From Promethearchaeota archaeon (GTDB taxonomy: Archaea > Asgardarchaeota > Lokiarchaeia > Sigyniarchaeales > SOKP01): 64,000 bases of DNA. This document shows positions 63,891-64,000 of this stretch, in pieces. The stretch lies in contig JAUVNS010000008.1 of NCBI GenBank assembly GCA_030599585.1, forward strand, positions 9,628 to 73,627. Direction: 5' to 3'. The position numbers and the translations under genes were made by a program. The notes under the pieces are model-generated. The model was not told where the DNA came from and ran no database searches. It saw only the letters and a program-made list of their open reading frames with translations. Numbering within the stretch: the first letter of the stretch is position 1; the number at the start of each line of letters is the position of its first letter.

Positions 63891-64000
63891 TTAAGGTTTT
63901 TTTTCTCTTAAAGCTCTAACCATTGGAACGTCTTTTCCTGATAATATTTCTAGCATAGCTCCCCCACCTGTAGAAATGAAGGAAACATCCTGAGCATAAC
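63891..64000 (-). CDS. pgk: Phosphoglycerate kinase, C-terminal fragment (5' end outside window)
   Basis: The minus-strand reading ..YAQDVSFISTGGGAMLEILSGKDVPMVRALREKKP* carries the PGK C-terminal signature STGGGA.LE.L.GK.LP. Confidence 0.8.
   Translation of the reverse strand, partial: YAQDVSFISTGGGAMLEILSGKDVPMVRALREKKP

Noticed and set aside
1-64000. Search by eye for CRISPR arrays, rRNA genes, transposases/integrases, terminal inverted repeats and prophage-like blocks
   Set aside because: No regularly spaced direct repeats were seen, and no recognisable transposase, integrase or capsid motifs. The only sizeable repeat is the 213-bp direct repeat pair reported above.

Overview
Densely coding, visibly AT-rich archaeal chromosome segment with about 70 genes, three structured RNAs, and no CRISPR array, transposase or rRNA. 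G+C looks like roughly one third or less by eye; it was not computed. Archaeal markers are an archaeal-type uS10, a 7S SRP RNA with the classic helix-8 motif, an intron-containing tRNA and a Dus/NSUN/NIP7 set. The window also carries a eukaryote-type ESCRT locus at 55.0-58.7 kb: a Vps22/36-like EAP30 protein, Vps25-like, Vps4 and a Snf7-family ESCRT-III. This points to an Asgard (Loki-/Promethearchaeia-like) genome. Other notable content: a Bud23/WBSCR22-like rRNA methyltransferase next to rps10, and an NSUN(Nop2-like)/NIP7 pair beside the ESCRT genes. There is a leaderless GH29 fucosidase + Cys-type sulfatase locus with a radical SAM enzyme and two paralogous QueG-like Fe-S proteins. There is an FAD-oxidase/EtfB/ferredoxin-EtfA (lactate-dehydrogenase/Etf-like) operon. 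Two unusual CDF transporters are present, one fused to a NifX-like domain and one with three tandem cytoplasmic domains. A pair of ~213-bp direct repeats brackets a polyferredoxin gene. An orphan P-loop gene sits in a low-complexity island next to a CYTH enzyme. Several Zn-ribbon and longin-like hypothetical proteins are also present. All functional calls rest on motif recognition by eye and on recollected family consensus sequences; no searches were run.
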